Positions 1 to 11,591 of a DNA stretch of 64,000 bases are shown piece by piece. The notes beneath the pieces were generated by a model, which saw only the letters and a list, made by a program, of their open reading frames with translations, was not told the origin of the DNA and made no database searches. This DNA is from Nitrospirae bacterium UBA2233 (GTDB taxonomy: Bacteria; UBA2233): assembly GCA_002347965.1 (NCBI GenBank), contig DDYN01000039.1, forward strand, positions 1,797 to 65,796, read 5' to 3'. Each line of letters opens with the position of its first letter. Position 1 is the first letter of the stretch. The translations under genes and the position numbers were made by a program.

Positions 1-1701
1 CCCATTTGCCATACCTTGCTGGCTCAAGAATGCATGAATCCGCTTGCCCGCATCTTCGGGGGGCACATCTTCTGTAAACGACGCGTCTCTTGCCTTGATC
101 TCGACCAAACCCTTCTCTTTGTACTTTTTTCCTATCGTCAAACGAAGCGGAAGCCCGATGAGGTCAGCATCGTGGAATTTGACCCCAGGACGTTCCTCCC
201 GATCGTCGTAGAGGACGTCCACGCCTTGAGCCATGAGAGCCGAATATAACGAGTCGGCAAGCAGGGCAAGCTCTGATTGTCTTGTGTCAAGCAAAACCAG
301 GTGAACGGCGAACGGGGCCAAAGAGACAGGCCAAAGGATTCCTTGGTCATCGTGACACTGCTCGACTGTGGCCGCAATAGTTCTCCCGATTCCTATACCG
401 TAACATCCCATCACGGTAGGCTTTTTGTTCCCGTCGGCATCCAAGAAGACTGCTTCCATCGGCTTGGAGTATTTTGTTCCCAAGTAAAAAACCTGCCCAA
501 CCTCAATTCCCCTAGAAAGGGAAAGAGGCCCTTCGCATACGCCGCAGCAGTCGCCTTCCTGGGCAAGAGTAAGGTCGGCCAGCGTCTGGGCCTCGAAATC
601 CAGCGGATAGCTGACGTTGACCCAGTGGTAGCCGGGTTCGTTTGCCCCGGCTACACCGTTTTGAATTCCGGCGACGCTGTAATCTGCAACCACAGGCCAA
701 GCTTGGCCAATAGGGCCGATTTGGCCCTCTGGCAGTCCAGTCAAATCCTGAGCAAGCTCAGCCTCCACCACGCCCACAGAGCGCTTGAACTTGGGCAAAG
801 AAAGAATTCGGTCGCCACGAACAACGGCGAGGTAAGGCCCTCGCTCTGTCTGGATAAGCAAGGATTTTAAGATTTGTTCTGGATGAAGCCCGAGAACGAC
901 CGCAACTTCTTCGATTGTGGCAGCATCGCCGGTTTTAACCTTCTCTTTGCGAAGGGGTGACTCAGGCATTACGAAGGCGGGTTTGGCTACAGGAGCCAGC
1001 TCGGCGTTCCAGGCCTTTTTACAGTGGTTACAGCGGGCAATCTTATCCTCACCCGTTGGGGCAAGCACCTGGAATTCGTGGGAAAGGCTTCCTCCAATCG
1101 CACCCGTATCCGCCTCTACCGCTTCAAACTTAAGGCCTATCCTTCTGAAGATTCTCTCGTAGGCGGAATACATTGTCTGGTAGGACTGTCTGGCGCAAGC
1201 CTCGGAGAGGTCGAAGCTGTAAGCGTCTTTCATGAGAAACTCTCTAGCACGCATAAGGCCAAAGCGCGGGCGGATTTCATCGCGGAATTTGGTGTGAATT
1301 TGGTAGAGGATCAACGGGAGCTGCCTGTACGATCGGACTTCATTTTTGACGAGCTCGGTAACGACCTCTTCGTGTGTTGGCGCCAAGCAGAACTCCTGGT
1401 CTTTTCGATCTTTGAACCTTAGGAGTTCTTTTCCGTAAAACTCCCATCTTCCCGAGGAAGTCCATAGTTCCTTGGGTTGGACAAGTGGCATCTGGATCTC
1501 AACAGCCCCCGCACGCTCTATCTCCTCACGAACGAGCGCCATGAGTTTTCCTAGCGTCCTCAACCCCAAGGGAAGCATCGTGTAAATTCCCGCGGCAACC
1601 TTCCGGATAAAGCCCGCACGCACCAAAAGCTTATGGGAAATAACTTCGGCATCCTTGGGGTCTTCGCGGAGCGTGGGTATCAGAGCACGCGACATCTTCA
1701 T
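1..1701 (-). CDS. proS: Prolyl-tRNA synthetase (runs off the window's left edge, 3' end missing)
   Basis: Not in the ORF track because no stop lies in the window. Manual translation from ATG at 1701 (ATGA overlap with the ispG stop) gives MKMSRALIPTLREDPKDAEVISHKLLVRAGFI...LAPTHEE...KFRDEIRPRFGLMRAREFLMKDAYSF, typical of bacterial ProRS. Confidence 0.96.
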   Translation of the reverse strand, partial: MKMSRALIPTLREDPKDAEVISHKLLVRAGFIRKVAAGIYTMLPLGLRTLGKLMALVREEIERAGAVEIQMPLVQPKELWTSSGRWEFYGKELLRFKDRKDQEFCLAPTHEEVVTELVKNEVRSYRQLPLILYQIHTKFRDEIRPRFGLMRAREFLMKDAYSFDLSEACARQSYQTMYSAYERIFRRIGLKFEAVEADTGAIGGSLSHEFQVLAPTGEDKIARCNHCKKAWNAELAPVAKPAFVMPESPLRKEKVKTGDAATIEEVAVVLGLHPEQILKSLLIQTERGPYLAVVRGDRILSLPKFKRSVGVVEAELAQDLTGLPEGQIGPIGQAWPVVADYSVAGIQNGVAGANEPGYHWVNVSYPLDFEAQTLADLTLAQEGDCCGVCEGPLSLSRGIEVGQVFYLGTKYSKPMEAVFLDADGNKKPTVMGCYGIGIGRTIAATVEQCHDDQGILWPVSLAPFAVHLVLLDTRQSELALLADSLYSALMAQGVDVLYDDREERPGVKFHDADLIGLPLRLTIGKKYKEKGLVEIKARDASFTEDVPPEDAGKRIHAFLSQQGMANG

Positions 1702-2795
1702 GCAGGAACCTCCTTAGCCCCCGGAGCCTTCTCTTCAATATTCTCTCTTTCAACCAACGCCTTTGCTTCTTGAACGAGACGTTCCAGGATTTGCGCCTTC
1801 TGCAACTTTGCCATCGGCTTCCCTTGAATGTAGAGAACCGCGCCGTCTTTTCCCCCGACAACGGCAATATCGGCATCTCTTGCTTCTCCCGGGCCGTTCA
1901 CTGTGCAGCCCATCACGGCAATCTTAAGCGGTTGCTCCACGAAGGAGAGCGCCTCTTCCACCTGTTTACCGAGCTCTTCCACGTCGATTTCAAGTCGGCC
2001 GCAGGTTGGACAGGCAACAACCTCGACCCCCCTCGAGCGGAGCCCCATAGACCTTAGGATGCCATACCCTACCCGCACTTCTTCTACGGGATTGCTCGCC
2101 AAAGAGACCCTGACCGTATCACCAATTCCATGCCAAAGTAGGACGGATAGGCCGCAGGCGCTCCGGATGGCACCCGAAAACTTGGTACCGGCCTCTGTGA
2201 TCCCAAGGTGCAGGGGGTAGTCGAAAGAAGCGGCAAAAATCTGATAAGCGCGGATTGTTGTCGGAACGTCGTAGGCCTTCAACGACACCTTGATATCGGT
2301 GAACCCGACATCTTCGAGCAGTTCCACGCTCCTTTTGGCCGATGCGACCATTGCTTCCGCACTCATTCCGAGCGAAGCCAAAAGGTCTTTTTCTAGGGAG
2401 CCGGCGTTAACCCCAACCCGAATCGGGACTCCGCGCGCCTTGGCTTCCTTGGCGAGCAGCGCGATATTGGCCCTTTTACCGATGTTTCCGGGGTTAATCC
2501 GCAGGCCATCCACCCCTTCTTCTAGCGACCGGAGCGCAAGACGGAAATCGAAGTGAACATCGGCAACAAGCGGAATTCTGGACCTTTTTTTTATTACCCC
2601 CAGCGAGGCCGCAGCTTCTTGGTCAGGGACGGCAACGCGGACAATCTCACACCCAACACGCTCAAGCGTTTCGATTTGACGGAGCGTCGCCTCCGCATCT
2701 CTCGTGTCCGTCGTGGTCATACTCTGAACGCGGATTGGGTTTCCCCCGCCTACAATCCACGGACCAAGCCGGACGGGTCTTGTTTTCCGAGGCAT
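1698..2795 (-). CDS. ispG: 4-hydroxy-3-methylbut-2-en-1-yl diphosphate synthase
   Basis: VQSMTTTDT, VADVHF, RINPGN, GDTVRVSL, CPTCGR and MGCTVNGPGE motifs. Confidence 0.97.
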   Translation of the reverse strand: MPRKTRPVRLGPWIVGGGNPIRVQSMTTTDTRDAEATLRQIETLERVGCEIVRVAVPDQEAAASLGVIKKRSRIPLVADVHFDFRLALRSLEEGVDGLRINPGNIGKRANIALLAKEAKARGVPIRVGVNAGSLEKDLLASLGMSAEAMVASAKRSVELLEDVGFTDIKVSLKAYDVPTTIRAYQIFAASFDYPLHLGITEAGTKFSGAIRSACGLSVLLWHGIGDTVRVSLASNPVEEVRVGYGILRSMGLRSRGVEVVACPTCGRLEIDVEELGKQVEEALSFVEQPLKIAVMGCTVNGPGEARDADIAVVGGKDGAVLYIQGKPMAKLQKAQILERLVQEAKALVERENIEEKAPGAKEVPA

Positions 2796-2797
2796 AG

Positions 2798-3914
2798 CTA
2801 CCCTCCGACTCTTGCCAGCAGGGCTTTTTTAATGAACGGAAAAACCTGGCCGTCGAGGACGGCTTGGACGTCCGAAGTCTCTAAGCCCGTCCTGTGGTCC
2901 TTTACGAGCTGATAAGGCTGAAGGACATAAGACCGGATCTGAGACCCGAATGTCGCCTCTTTTTGACCCTGGCTATAACTTAAGAGCTTGGCTTCCTGCT
3001 CTTTTTTGAGCATATCGTAGAGCCTGGATTTAAGGATCTTTAAGGCCATAGCCTTGTTTTTAAACTGACTCCGTTCGTTTTGACATTGAACGACGATGCC
3101 TGTCGGAATGTGGGTAATGCGAACGGCCGAATCCGTCTTGTTGATGTGCTGCCCGCCCTTGCCGGAAGCCCGGAAGGTATCGACCCTAAGGTCTTTCTCG
3201 TCAATCTCGACGGCGATGTCGTCTTCGATTTCGGGGTAAACGGATACCGAAGCGAACGAAGTATGCCGCCTCTTGTTCGTGTCGAACGGAGAGATCCGAA
3301 CCAGCCTGTGAACCCCTCTTTCTGATTTGAGGTATCCGTAAGCGTTTTCTCCCGCAACAAGAAAGGTGGCTGATTTTAGACCGGCCTCTTCGGCCTCCTG
3401 TAAGTCCAGGATTTCAGCCTCAAACCCCGCCTCTTCCGAGAAGCGCACATACATCCTAAGGAGCATTTGGCAGAAATCCATGGCATCCGTCCCTCCAGAC
3501 CCTGCTTGGACGGTCAAGATGGCGTTTCGCTTGTCGTCATCTTCTCCAAGCAGCACTTCAATCTCAAACGCGGCCAAGTCTTGTTCGAGAGGTAGGACGA
3601 GCCGCCTAATCTCCTCCAACAAGGATGTGTCCTCTTCCGCCTTGGCAAGGTCGAGCAACTCGAGGGCACTTTTGAGTTCACCTTCAATCCGCTCGACCCT
3701 AGAAACCTCCAGCTCCAACCTACGCTTTTCTCTCCCAAACAACTGAAGCTTTTTGGGATCCTCAAACGTCTCGGGCTGGGCCAGCATGACTTCTAGCTCG
3801 CTCAAGCGAATCTTTTTCGCCTCGAGCTCAAAGACCCCCCCTTAACGCTTGGATTCGCTCAAGAAACTGGCCGAGCCCGCCTTCTAGCTCCTCTTGGCTT
3901 TGAATGGCAACCAT
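2798..3914 (-). CDS. prfB: Peptide chain release factor 2, expressed by programmed +1 frameshift
   Basis: SPF and GGQ motifs in the main ORF. A 28-codon upstream ORF (ATG at 3914, SD AAGGAG) ends in AGG GGG GGT CTT TGA at 3828-3842; a +1 shift joins it to the main ORF. Confidence 0.95.
3827..3842 (-). promoter_or_regulatory. RF2 +1 frameshift cassette (internal SD-like G run plus CTT TGA G)
   Basis: Minus strand reads AGGGGGGGT CTT TGA G. Confidence 0.9.
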
Positions 3915-3950
3915 CGCATGCTCCTTTTATTATCGCCATACTCGATTATT

Positions 3951-6062
3951 TTAGGGTGTCCCCTGGGCCTCTTTATGAGAAAGGCGAATTTTCCCTCCCC
4001 TGTCAACTTCCAGGACTTTGACAAGAAGCTCGTCCCCCTCCTTTAGCCTGTCGTGGATGTTGTGGACCCTTTCGTTTGAGATCTGGGAGATGTGCAAAAG
4101 CCCTACAATTCCAGGCATGATTTCGACAAACGCGCCAAAATCCACGACGCTCTTAACCTTACCCATGTAGACCTGGCCAACCTCCGGCTCTCTCACGATC
4201 TCCTGGATCATCCGGATGGCCTCATCGCACGCCTCTTTGTCAACAGAGGCGATATTTACGGTACCGGAATCGTCGATAAATATCTTCGCCTTCGTCTTGT
4301 CGACGATGTGCTTGATCATCTTTCCGCCTGGGCCGATAACCTCGCGAATCTTCTCGGGCTTGATCTGGAGCGTAACGATCCTCGGGGCATAGAGCGAAAT
4401 CTCTTCTCTCGGCCCTTGAATGCTGTGTTCCATGATATCCAAGATGTGCAGACGGCCTTCTTTGGCTTGCAACAGGGCTTTTCTTAGGATTTCAGCATCC
4501 ACACCCTTGATCTTGGTATCCATCTGAAAGGCCGTGATTCCTTTTCGGGTTCCGGCAACCTTGAAATCCATATCGCCCAAATGGTCCTCGTCTCCTAATA
4601 TGTCCGAGAGAATGACGACATCGTCTCCTTCTTTGATCAGCCCCATTGCAATCCCGGCGACAGCGGCGCTTATCGGGACACCGGCATCCATAAGGGCTAG
4701 GCTTGCCCCACACACGGTAGCCATCGAGGACGATCCGTTGGACTCAAAAACGTCCGAAACGACCCTTATCGTATATGGAAACTGTTCATCGCCCGGAACG
4801 ACGCCGCCAAGCGCGCGTTCTGCAAGGTGACCATGGCCGACTTCTCTGCGTGAGGGAGACCTTAAAAATTTAACCTCCCCGACGCTGAACGGAGGAAAAT
4901 TATAATGGAGCATGAATTTCTTATACTGGTCGCCCTCTAGCAGCTCAATCTTCTGCTCGTCTACCCAGGTTCCAAGCGTGACCGTCACAAGTGCCTGGGT
5001 TTCGCCGCGGGTAAACAGCGCACTACCATGCGTACGGGGCAAAAATGGCACCTCGATTGTAATGTTTCGGATGCCATTAGGCTTCCTGTTGTCGATCCGT
5101 ATGCCGTCCTCAATGACCTTCTTGCGCATGAGATGGCGCTCGAGCTCGAACAGATAAGGCTGAGAAAGCCTTTTTACTAGGGCATCATCGCCGAGCAACT
5201 CCATGAGCCGAGCCCGAACCTCGTGTAGCCTTTGGTTTCTGGCCTTCTTTTCCGGGATTGATAGGGCCTCCGTCAAAAGGACCGTTCCCTCGTTGGACAA
5301 CAGGTTCTTTACTTCTTCGGGAAGGTTCGGCGGCTCGAAGGCGAGCTTTGGTTTGCCCGCTTTTTTTCTAACCTCCTCCTGAATCTCGATTACGCGACGC
5401 CCTTGCTCGTAGCCAAACAATATGCCCTGGAGAACTACCTCCTCCTCGAGCTCGAGCATCCCCCCTTCAACCATGATGACGGCGTTTTGTGTGCTAGCCA
5501 CTACCATATCCATGACGGTGCCGTTCTCTTTGGCTTCAGCGTCGCTGTTTTTGGCAGACTCCAAAGAGGGAGGGTTCAAGGAAAACGTATTCCCGTCGTA
5601 GCCAACTCGTACTCCTGCGATAGGCCCGGTAAAAGGCACTTCCGAAACATGGACGGCGCATGACGCGGCAATCATAGCAAGCACGCCGGTATCGTGCACC
5701 AAATCCGAAGAAAGAACCGTCGCGATAATTTGAATATCTCGGTTGAACCCCTTGGGAATAAGCGGTCGGATCGAGCGGTCAATAAACCTAGAAGAAAGAA
5801 CCTCCCGCTCTGTGGGCCTTCCTTCTCTCTTAAAAAACCCTCCCGGGATCTTTCCTGCTGCATACGTCATCTGGACGTAATCGACGGTTAAGGGGATAAA
5901 GTCTCCGGCTTCTCTTGGCTCCTGGGCCACACAACATGTGGCCAAGACTACGCTGTCTCCATGGCGGGCCAAACAAGCTCCAGAGGCCTGGCGTGCCACG
6001 CCGCCTAGCTCAAGCGATAGCGGAGCATCTCCAAAATTCGTGCTTACAACGATTCGTTCCAT
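3951..6062 (-). CDS. pnp: Polyribonucleotide nucleotidyltransferase
   Basis: Two RNase PH domains (GKIPGGFFKREGRP, ESNGSSSMA, EDHLGDMDFKVAGT) followed by KH (IGPGG) and S1 domains. Confidence 0.98.
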   Translation of the reverse strand: MERIVVSTNFGDAPLSLELGGVARQASGACLARHGDSVVLATCCVAQEPREAGDFIPLTVDYVQMTYAAGKIPGGFFKREGRPTEREVLSSRFIDRSIRPLIPKGFNRDIQIIATVLSSDLVHDTGVLAMIAASCAVHVSEVPFTGPIAGVRVGYDGNTFSLNPPSLESAKNSDAEAKENGTVMDMVVASTQNAVIMVEGGMLELEEEVVLQGILFGYEQGRRVIEIQEEVRKKAGKPKLAFEPPNLPEEVKNLLSNEGTVLLTEALSIPEKKARNQRLHEVRARLMELLGDDALVKRLSQPYLFELERHLMRKKVIEDGIRIDNRKPNGIRNITIEVPFLPRTHGSALFTRGETQALVTVTLGTWVDEQKIELLEGDQYKKFMLHYNFPPFSVGEVKFLRSPSRREVGHGHLAERALGGVVPGDEQFPYTIRVVSDVFESNGSSSMATVCGASLALMDAGVPISAAVAGIAMGLIKEGDDVVILSDILGDEDHLGDMDFKVAGTRKGITAFQMDTKIKGVDAEILRKALLQAKEGRLHILDIMEHSIQGPREEISLYAPRIVTLQIKPEKIREVIGPGGKMIKHIVDKTKAKIFIDDSGTVNIASVDKEACDEAIRMIQEIVREPEVGQVYMGKVKSVVDFGAFVEIMPGIVGLLHISQISNERVHNIHDRLKEGDELLVKVLEVDRGGKIRLSHKEAQGTP

Positions 6063-6096
6063 GCTTCTTATTAATCTCCAATTGTCCTTTATATTG

Positions 6097-6366
6097 CTAT
6101 CTCCGCAACCCTAGCGCCTCAATCAGCCTTTGGTAACGCTCCGGACTCTTCCTCTTCAGGTAATCTAGCAGCCCTTTCCGTCTGGAAACCATCCGAAAGA
6201 GCCCGACCCTGGAGTGGTTATCCTTCTTGTGGAGCTTGAAATGCCCGCTTAGCGACACAATTCGCTTTGAAAGAATCGCGACTTGAACCTCGGGAGAGCC
6301 AGTATCCCGTTCATGCAGGCCAAACGACCGGATTAACCCGGATACATCAACGCTACGCTTTTCCAT
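6097..6366 (-). CDS. rpsO: 30S ribosomal protein S15
   Basis: [12 protein letters not shown] and HKKDNHSR motifs; ATG at 6366 follows SD AGGAGG, trimming the longer ORF call. Confidence 0.96.
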   Translation of the reverse strand: MEKRSVDVSGLIRSFGLHERDTGSPEVQVAILSKRIVSLSGHFKLHKKDNHSRVGLFRMVSRRKGLLDYLKRKSPERYQRLIEALGLRR

Positions 6367-6400
6367 CCAAATCCTCCTTTTGTTGCATTCCATATATCGA

Positions 6401-7351
6401 TCAAGACAAAAATATAACACGGGAGGGTTGAAGCACCCCCAAGCCAGGCCATAGGCGGGCATTTCGTTCTAGCGGGACGACGGCCTGGCCAACCCCTATA
6501 AGCCGAAGCCGCTGATGGCGCTCAAAGACGCTTACCATCCCCTCTTTTTCCACCCGAACACCGTCGAGGTTGCTTAAATCCACGTCTTCAAACGCAACCC
6601 GCTCTCCTTGAAAAAATCTTCTTGCGCCCCGGGGCGTTACCATAACATCCGGGAAAAGCCTGCGAGCTAACGTTTCGATGGGCAGGACACGACCCTGGAG
6701 AGCGCTCGATCCTTCCAAACCCGTCGTGCTCGGAGAGGCCGCCTCGGATAGGACAAAAGGACCACACTGGGTTCGTACGAGAGATTTAAGCATGGCCAAG
6801 GTTCCAATCCTGCGGCCTATATCCCTGGCAAGGCTCCGAATATAAGTCCCCTTGTGGCAATAGACACGAATCGTGAGGTTCGGCAGCGATACATCCAAAA
6901 GTTCGATGGCCCGGATAAAAACCTTTACGGGATTCAGCTCTACCTCTATGCCTTTGCGAGCCAAGTCCGAAGCGCGCTTGCCGTGAATTTTTTTTGCGCA
7001 AAACTTTGGCGGGACCTGCCACGTTTCTCCGCAAAACGAGCGCAAAACCTCTTCGAGGTATATTTTATCGACAGCAGGTACATCTGCATGAGCCAAAATG
7101 TCGCCTTTTTGGTCGAGGGTGTCCGTTTCAATACCCAAGGTTACTAGAGCTTCGTATGTCCTGCTCCCGTCTTGAACGTAAGGAATGAGCTTTGTGGCTT
7201 CCTCAAAAAAAACAGGAAGGACACCACCCGCAAACGAATCAAGGATACCTGTATGTCCGGCCTTTTTGGCCCCGACCATTCTCTTGACACGACTCAAGAC
7301 ATCAAACGATGTAACGCCCTCAGGCTTGTCTACTACAAGAACGCCATTCAT
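6401..7351 (-). CDS. truB: tRNA pseudouridine(55) synthase
   Basis: [15 protein letters not shown] (catalytic Asp) and [13 protein letters not shown] motifs. Confidence 0.95.
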   Translation of the reverse strand: MNGVLVVDKPEGVTSFDVLSRVKRMVGAKKAGHTGILDSFAGGVLPVFFEEATKLIPYVQDGSRTYEALVTLGIETDTLDQKGDILAHADVPAVDKIYLEEVLRSFCGETWQVPPKFCAKKIHGKRASDLARKGIEVELNPVKVFIRAIELLDVSLPNLTIRVYCHKGTYIRSLARDIGRRIGTLAMLKSLVRTQCGPFVLSEAASPSTTGLEGSSALQGRVLPIETLARRLFPDVMVTPRGARRFFQGERVAFEDVDLSNLDGVRVEKEGMVSVFERHQRLRLIGVGQAVVPLERNARLWPGLGVLQPSRVIFLS

Positions 7352-7356
7352 AGCGG

Positions 7357-8319
7357 CTAGGAGAAAAAGGCTTGAAGGAGACGATTAACGACGCGCCCCT
7401 TGGCTTCCTGCAGGGGGCCATCGAAAACGGCTCCAGCGGCCATCTTATGCCCTCCACCTCCAAAGGCACCGCATACGGAGGCCACGTCCAGCGTGCCGTT
7501 TGAGCGTAGCGATACTTTGGTTTTGTTAGGCTCAAGCTCACGAAAAAGGCAAGCCACCTCTACCCCAGGGATTCCCCGGAGTATCTCCACAAACCCTTCG
7601 GTATGTTCCTGTTTTGCGCCACAACTCTTGAGCATTTCTTGGAATACGGAGATTGTTGAGATTTTTTCCTTGCCAAACAGCTCAAGTGTGGCGAACACCT
7701 TGCCCATTAGAAAAATTTTTTCCTTCGGATAGTGGTTGTGCAGCGCCATGCCTACTTTTTCTGGTTTAGCGCCCATCCGAACGAGCTCCGAGGCAATAAA
7801 AAGCGTACGGGCTGTAGTATTGCTGTACTTGAACGACCCGGTGTCTGCGCTGATTGCGGCCAATAGGCAGCTGGCTACCTCCGGGGAAGGTTCAAAGCCG
7901 AGCCTTCGAAGCAACAAATATACCATTTCGCCCGTTGCCGCCGCTTCTGGGTCTATCCAATTGACATCACCGAAGCGAGTGTTGGTTGTGTGGTGGTCGA
8001 TATTCACGACGCACGAAACATCCCTTTGCGGCCTCTCTCTCGTCTCTCCAATGCGTTCAATGTCTCCGCAGTCTACGACAACCAGAAGGTCGTACGGGTA
8101 TTCGAGCGCGAACGGGCCGGAAGAAACATCCTCAGCGCCAGGAAGGAATTTCAGATAGTCAGGAACTCCGTCCCGAAGCCACACCTTTGCCTTCTTTCCG
8201 AGGGCGCAAAACGTGTGCGCAATTGCAAGACACGAGCCCACGTTATCCGCCTCGGGAGAAACGTGAGAGGTTATAAGCGCACGCTCCGCCTTGGAAAAGG
8301 CATGAGCTATCGCCCCCAT
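7357..8319 (-). CDS. nrnA: DHH/DHHA1 phosphoesterase (NrnA-like oligoribonuclease/pAp phosphatase)
   Basis: VVDCG, NIDHH, ADTGSF, KVSLRS and GGGGHKMAAG motifs; usual position between rbfA and truB. Start is uncertain (ATG 8319 chosen). Confidence 0.9.
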   Translation of the reverse strand: MGAIAHAFSKAERALITSHVSPEADNVGSCLAIAHTFCALGKKAKVWLRDGVPDYLKFLPGAEDVSSGPFALEYPYDLLVVVDCGDIERIGETRERPQRDVSCVVNIDHHTTNTRFGDVNWIDPEAAATGEMVYLLLRRLGFEPSPEVASCLLAAISADTGSFKYSNTTARTLFIASELVRMGAKPEKVGMALHNHYPKEKIFLMGKVFATLELFGKEKISTISVFQEMLKSCGAKQEHTEGFVEILRGIPGVEVACLFRELEPNKTKVSLRSNGTLDVASVCGAFGGGGHKMAAGAVFDGPLQEAKGRVVNRLLQAFFS

Positions 8320-8332
8320 CTCGGGTTCAAAG

Positions 8333-8674
8333 TTATCGATTCTCGTGTATTCTGGCAAGAAGCACTTCGATTCTTCGAGCGTACTCAAAAGCCGTGTCCC
8401 TTTCGAAAGTGAGTTCGGGAATCATCTTTAAATCCAGACGCCTGTAAAGAAGCTTTCGGATGAATGGGCTTGCCTTGTTGAGCGCCTTAAGCTCGGCTAG
8501 GGCTTGCTCATCTGAAGCCAGGGAGCTGAAGTAAACGCGTGCCAGCCGGAAGTCTTTACTTAGCTCTACTTCTACGACCGTTACCATGCTGACCTCTGGA
8601 TCTTTCAGCTCACGCTCGAGAATCCAAGAGACCTCCTCTTTCAAGAGCGAGGATACGCGTTGGGCTCGATGCAT
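8333..8674 (-). CDS. rbfA: Ribosome-binding factor A
   Basis: RAQRV...LKDP...VELSKDFRLARVY...IPELTF; ATG at 8674 after SD AAGGAG. Confidence 0.94.
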   Translation of the reverse strand: MHRAQRVSSLLKEEVSWILERELKDPEVSMVTVVEVELSKDFRLARVYFSSLASDEQALAELKALNKASPFIRKLLYRRLDLKMIPELTFERDTAFEYARRIEVLLARIHENR

Positions 8675-8684
8675 CCCAATCTCC

Positions 8685-9017
8685 TTAGGAGTATTTTTCT
8701 TCACACCCCGTAGAAAACGGGGTGTTTTGGGAGTATGTCAGAATTTCTTGCGTGTCTTCCAAGCACTCGATTCCGAATTGGCTCTCGATATAGGCGACTC
8801 CTCCCTGGAGAACCCTTTGAAGCGTTCGCACCTCCCTGCCTACTGCCGAGAACCCAAGAGTCAGTACTTCGTGGTTGTCTAGCTCGTCTACCTCGGAGAC
8901 GGCCAAGTTGTAGCGGCTCTTAAGCCTTGCGACAATAGCTTGGACAAAACTGCGTTTGTCTTTTAAGGACGGCTTGTAGGGAATAAGAAACCTGGCCCTA
9001 CAAACAACTACGACCAT
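8685..9017 (-). CDS. DUF503 (YlxP-like) protein
   Basis: SLKDKR and NLAVSEV motifs; usual position between infB and rbfA. Confidence 0.88.
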   Translation of the reverse strand: MVVVVCRARFLIPYKPSLKDKRSFVQAIVARLKSRYNLAVSEVDELDNHEVLTLGFSAVGREVRTLQRVLQGGVAYIESQFGIECLEDTQEILTYSQNTPFSTGCEEKYS

Positions 9018-9021
9018 GGCC

Positions 9022-11583
9022 TTAAGCCGTTACCGCCTGCTCTTCGAGTGCATAGGCCTCGATAACGTCGCCTTCCTTGTAATCATCAAATCCTTCGATG
9101 CTCACGCCGCAATCGTAGCCTTGGGCAACTTCTCGTACATCCTCCTTAAAGCGCTTAAGGGAGCTAATTTTGCCCTCGGCAACGACAGCTCCTTCCCTAA
9201 TGAGCCTTGCCATGGCGCTTCGAAGAAGCTTCCCTTTCGTCACGTACGACCCGGCCACGTTACCCACCTTCGTGACACGAAAGACCTGCCGAATCTCCGC
9301 CTGACCTAGGGTCACCTCTTTGACCTCGGGCTTAAGCTTACCCACGACCGCCTGCTTTAAGTCCTCGAGCAGCTCGTAGATGACGCTGTACACGCGAACG
9401 CTTACCTTCTCCCTCTGGGCAAGGTCGAGAACCTTCTTTTCGGGTTTCACGTTAAACCCTACAACGAGCGCATTCGAAGCAGAGGCCAACATCACGTCGG
9501 ATTCGGAGACGTTCCCTACGGCTGCGTGGACGAGGTTGAGCTGGACCTTCTCGTGTGAGATGGGCGTAAGGCTCTTTTTAAGCGCCTCGACCGTTCCGTC
9601 CGTATCTGCCTTTAAGACGAAGTTCAGCTCTTCTATTTCCCCTTTCTGGATCCTTTCGTACAGGTCTTCTAGGGTGACTTTCTTCGAAACGGCGGAGAAC
9701 TCCTGCGCCTTTTGGTAGTCGAGCCGTTTTCCGGCAATTCGCCTAGCCTCGCGCTCGTCCGGCATGACAAAAATAAGTTCTCCGGCCTGGGGCACCTGTG
9801 GTAGCCCGAGGATTTCGACGGGAACAGACGGAGTAGCTTCGCTTATCCTTTGCCCCTTGTCCGAAAGGAGCGCGCGCACCTTGCCAAAAGTCGCCCCTGC
9901 AACAACGTAATCTCCTACCTTAAGCGTGCCCTCTTGCACGAGTACTGTCGCGATAGACCCTCGTTTTGGGTCCATTTTGGATTCGATGACGACACCCACC
10001 GCAGGCCCCTCGTAGCGAGCTTTTAATTCTAGCAATTCGGTCTGGAGGAGAAGCAGCTCTAAAAGCCCATCCAATCCCTCGCCTGTTTTGGCCGAAAGAG
10101 GTACGACTACCGTATTCCCGCCCCAATCGTCTGGAACGAGCCCATAATCGGTTAGGCTTTGTTTAACTCGGTCAGGGTTCGCATTTGCCTTGTCAACCTT
10201 ATTGATCGCGACAATAATCGGTACCTTGGCCGCCTTTGCGTGGTTAATGGCTTCTATCGTCTGGGGCATAATCCCGTCATCCGCGGCCACGACAAGCACG
10301 GCAATATCCGTAACCCTGGCCCCACGAGCTCTCATCGCTGTAAAGGCCTCGTGGCCAGGGGTATCCAGGAACGTAATTCGCCCCCCCCTCGTTTCAACGG
10401 TATAAGCACCAATATGCTGCGTAATTCCGCCAGCTTCCGTTTCGGCGACTCTACTTTTACGGATAGCGTCGAGCAATGTCGTCTTTCCATGATCCACGTG
10501 CCCCATGATCGTCACAACTGGGGGGCGTAGAAGCTCTTTGGCTTCTTTAGGGCGGATATTTTCCAGAATAACGGCATCGTCAAAGCGCGCTTCGTGGTTT
10601 TCCACGCTGTACAGAAACTCGCCCGCGATGAGCTGAGCCGTATCAGGATCCAAGGCTTGATTCACGTTTGCCATAACTCCTAGCTCAATCAGCTTGCGAA
10701 TCAACTCGGAGGCCTTGACCCCCATTTGTTTGGCCATTTCTCCTACTGTAAGCGTGCCTTCCATTCGAACGACCCTCTTCTGGGCGGACGGGGGAAGGCT
10801 TGAAGGACGTCTCCTCGCCTCGTCAATCCTTGCCCTTTTTATAGGTTTTGGCCTTGGAAGGATCTCCACGGGCTTGGCCTCTTCTACCGCCTCACCTTCG
10901 AGGGGTTTTTCAAGGATCAACTGAACGTCATCTTTTTCTTTTGCTTCTCTTGGGCGTTTCTTGGCTTTTCCTGGATAGTCTTTGGGTGCCTCTTTCTTAA
11001 GGTCAACCCTCTTCTTCTTCTCTTCTTCCTTTCCCAGCTTTTCCGGTTCAGAAACCTCTGCCTCCTTGGGCTCTTCCACGACCTGCTTTGTCTGACTGTT
11101 AGGCTCGAGTTCTTGAGGGACAGTCGTACGGATGGAGGGCCCTTCTTCGAGCGAGGCCTCATTAGGGGCAACCTGTTCACCTTCAACGGTTGGGCTAGGC
11201 TCTACTTCCAAGCTTGGTGCTGCTTCCATTGAGGCGAAAACGCCGGCGTCCTCATCTTTGGATAAAGACGCACTCCGAGGAGCAGTCTCTTCATGGGCCG
11301 GCAGGGATTCCCTAGAAGAAGGCTCCTCGTGGGCCCCTTCGACAAGAACCTCGGGCGGTTTCGTTTCCCTTGCCTTACGAATCACCACAGCCGAAGCACG
11401 CTCCGCTTGCTTCGGCGCTCTTCGGTCTTGAATAAAAGACAGAATTTTCGCTTTTTCTTCCTCGTTAAGCGTAGAGGAGGGGGATATTCGTCGCTCAAGC
11501 CCGCACGCCGAGGCAATTGCAATGACCTCTTTGCTCTCTAACCCAAGGGCCTTCGCGAACTCGTAGAGCCTAGACTTTGCCAT
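9022..11583 (-). CDS. infB: Translation initiation factor IF-2
   Basis: [13 protein letters not shown] and NKVD GTPase motifs; IF2 C-terminus [12 protein letters not shown]. Confidence 0.98.
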   Translation of the reverse strand: MAKSRLYEFAKALGLESKEVIAIASACGLERRISPSSTLNEEEKAKILSFIQDRRAPKQAERASAVVIRKARETKPPEVLVEGAHEEPSSRESLPAHEETAPRSASLSKDEDAGVFASMEAAPSLEVEPSPTVEGEQVAPNEASLEEGPSIRTTVPQELEPNSQTKQVVEEPKEAEVSEPEKLGKEEEKKKRVDLKKEAPKDYPGKAKKRPREAKEKDDVQLILEKPLEGEAVEEAKPVEILPRPKPIKRARIDEARRRPSSLPPSAQKRVVRMEGTLTVGEMAKQMGVKASELIRKLIELGVMANVNQALDPDTAQLIAGEFLYSVENHEARFDDAVILENIRPKEAKELLRPPVVTIMGHVDHGKTTLLDAIRKSRVAETEAGGITQHIGAYTVETRGGRITFLDTPGHEAFTAMRARGARVTDIAVLVVAADDGIMPQTIEAINHAKAAKVPIIVAINKVDKANANPDRVKQSLTDYGLVPDDWGGNTVVVPLSAKTGEGLDGLLELLLLQTELLELKARYEGPAVGVVIESKMDPKRGSIATVLVQEGTLKVGDYVVAGATFGKVRALLSDKGQRISEATPSVPVEILGLPQVPQAGELIFVMPDEREARRIAGKRLDYQKAQEFSAVSKKVTLEDLYERIQKGEIEELNFVLKADTDGTVEALKKSLTPISHEKVQLNLVHAAVGNVSESDVMLASASNALVVGFNVKPEKKVLDLAQREKVSVRVYSVIYELLEDLKQAVVGKLKPEVKEVTLGQAEIRQVFRVTKVGNVAGSYVTKGKLLRSAMARLIREGAVVAEGKISSLKRFKEDVREVAQGYDCGVSIEGFDDYKEGDVIEAYALEEQAVTA

Positions 11584-11591
11584 AGAGACCT

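Noticed and set aside
16..1422. Plus-strand ORFs (277-870, 1024-1422 and others)
   Set aside because: Antisense to proS, which the ORF track missed because it runs off the window.
10900..11400. Glu/Lys/Pro-rich low-complexity stretch in infB
   Set aside because: Normal variable N-terminal linker of IF2, not a repeat element.
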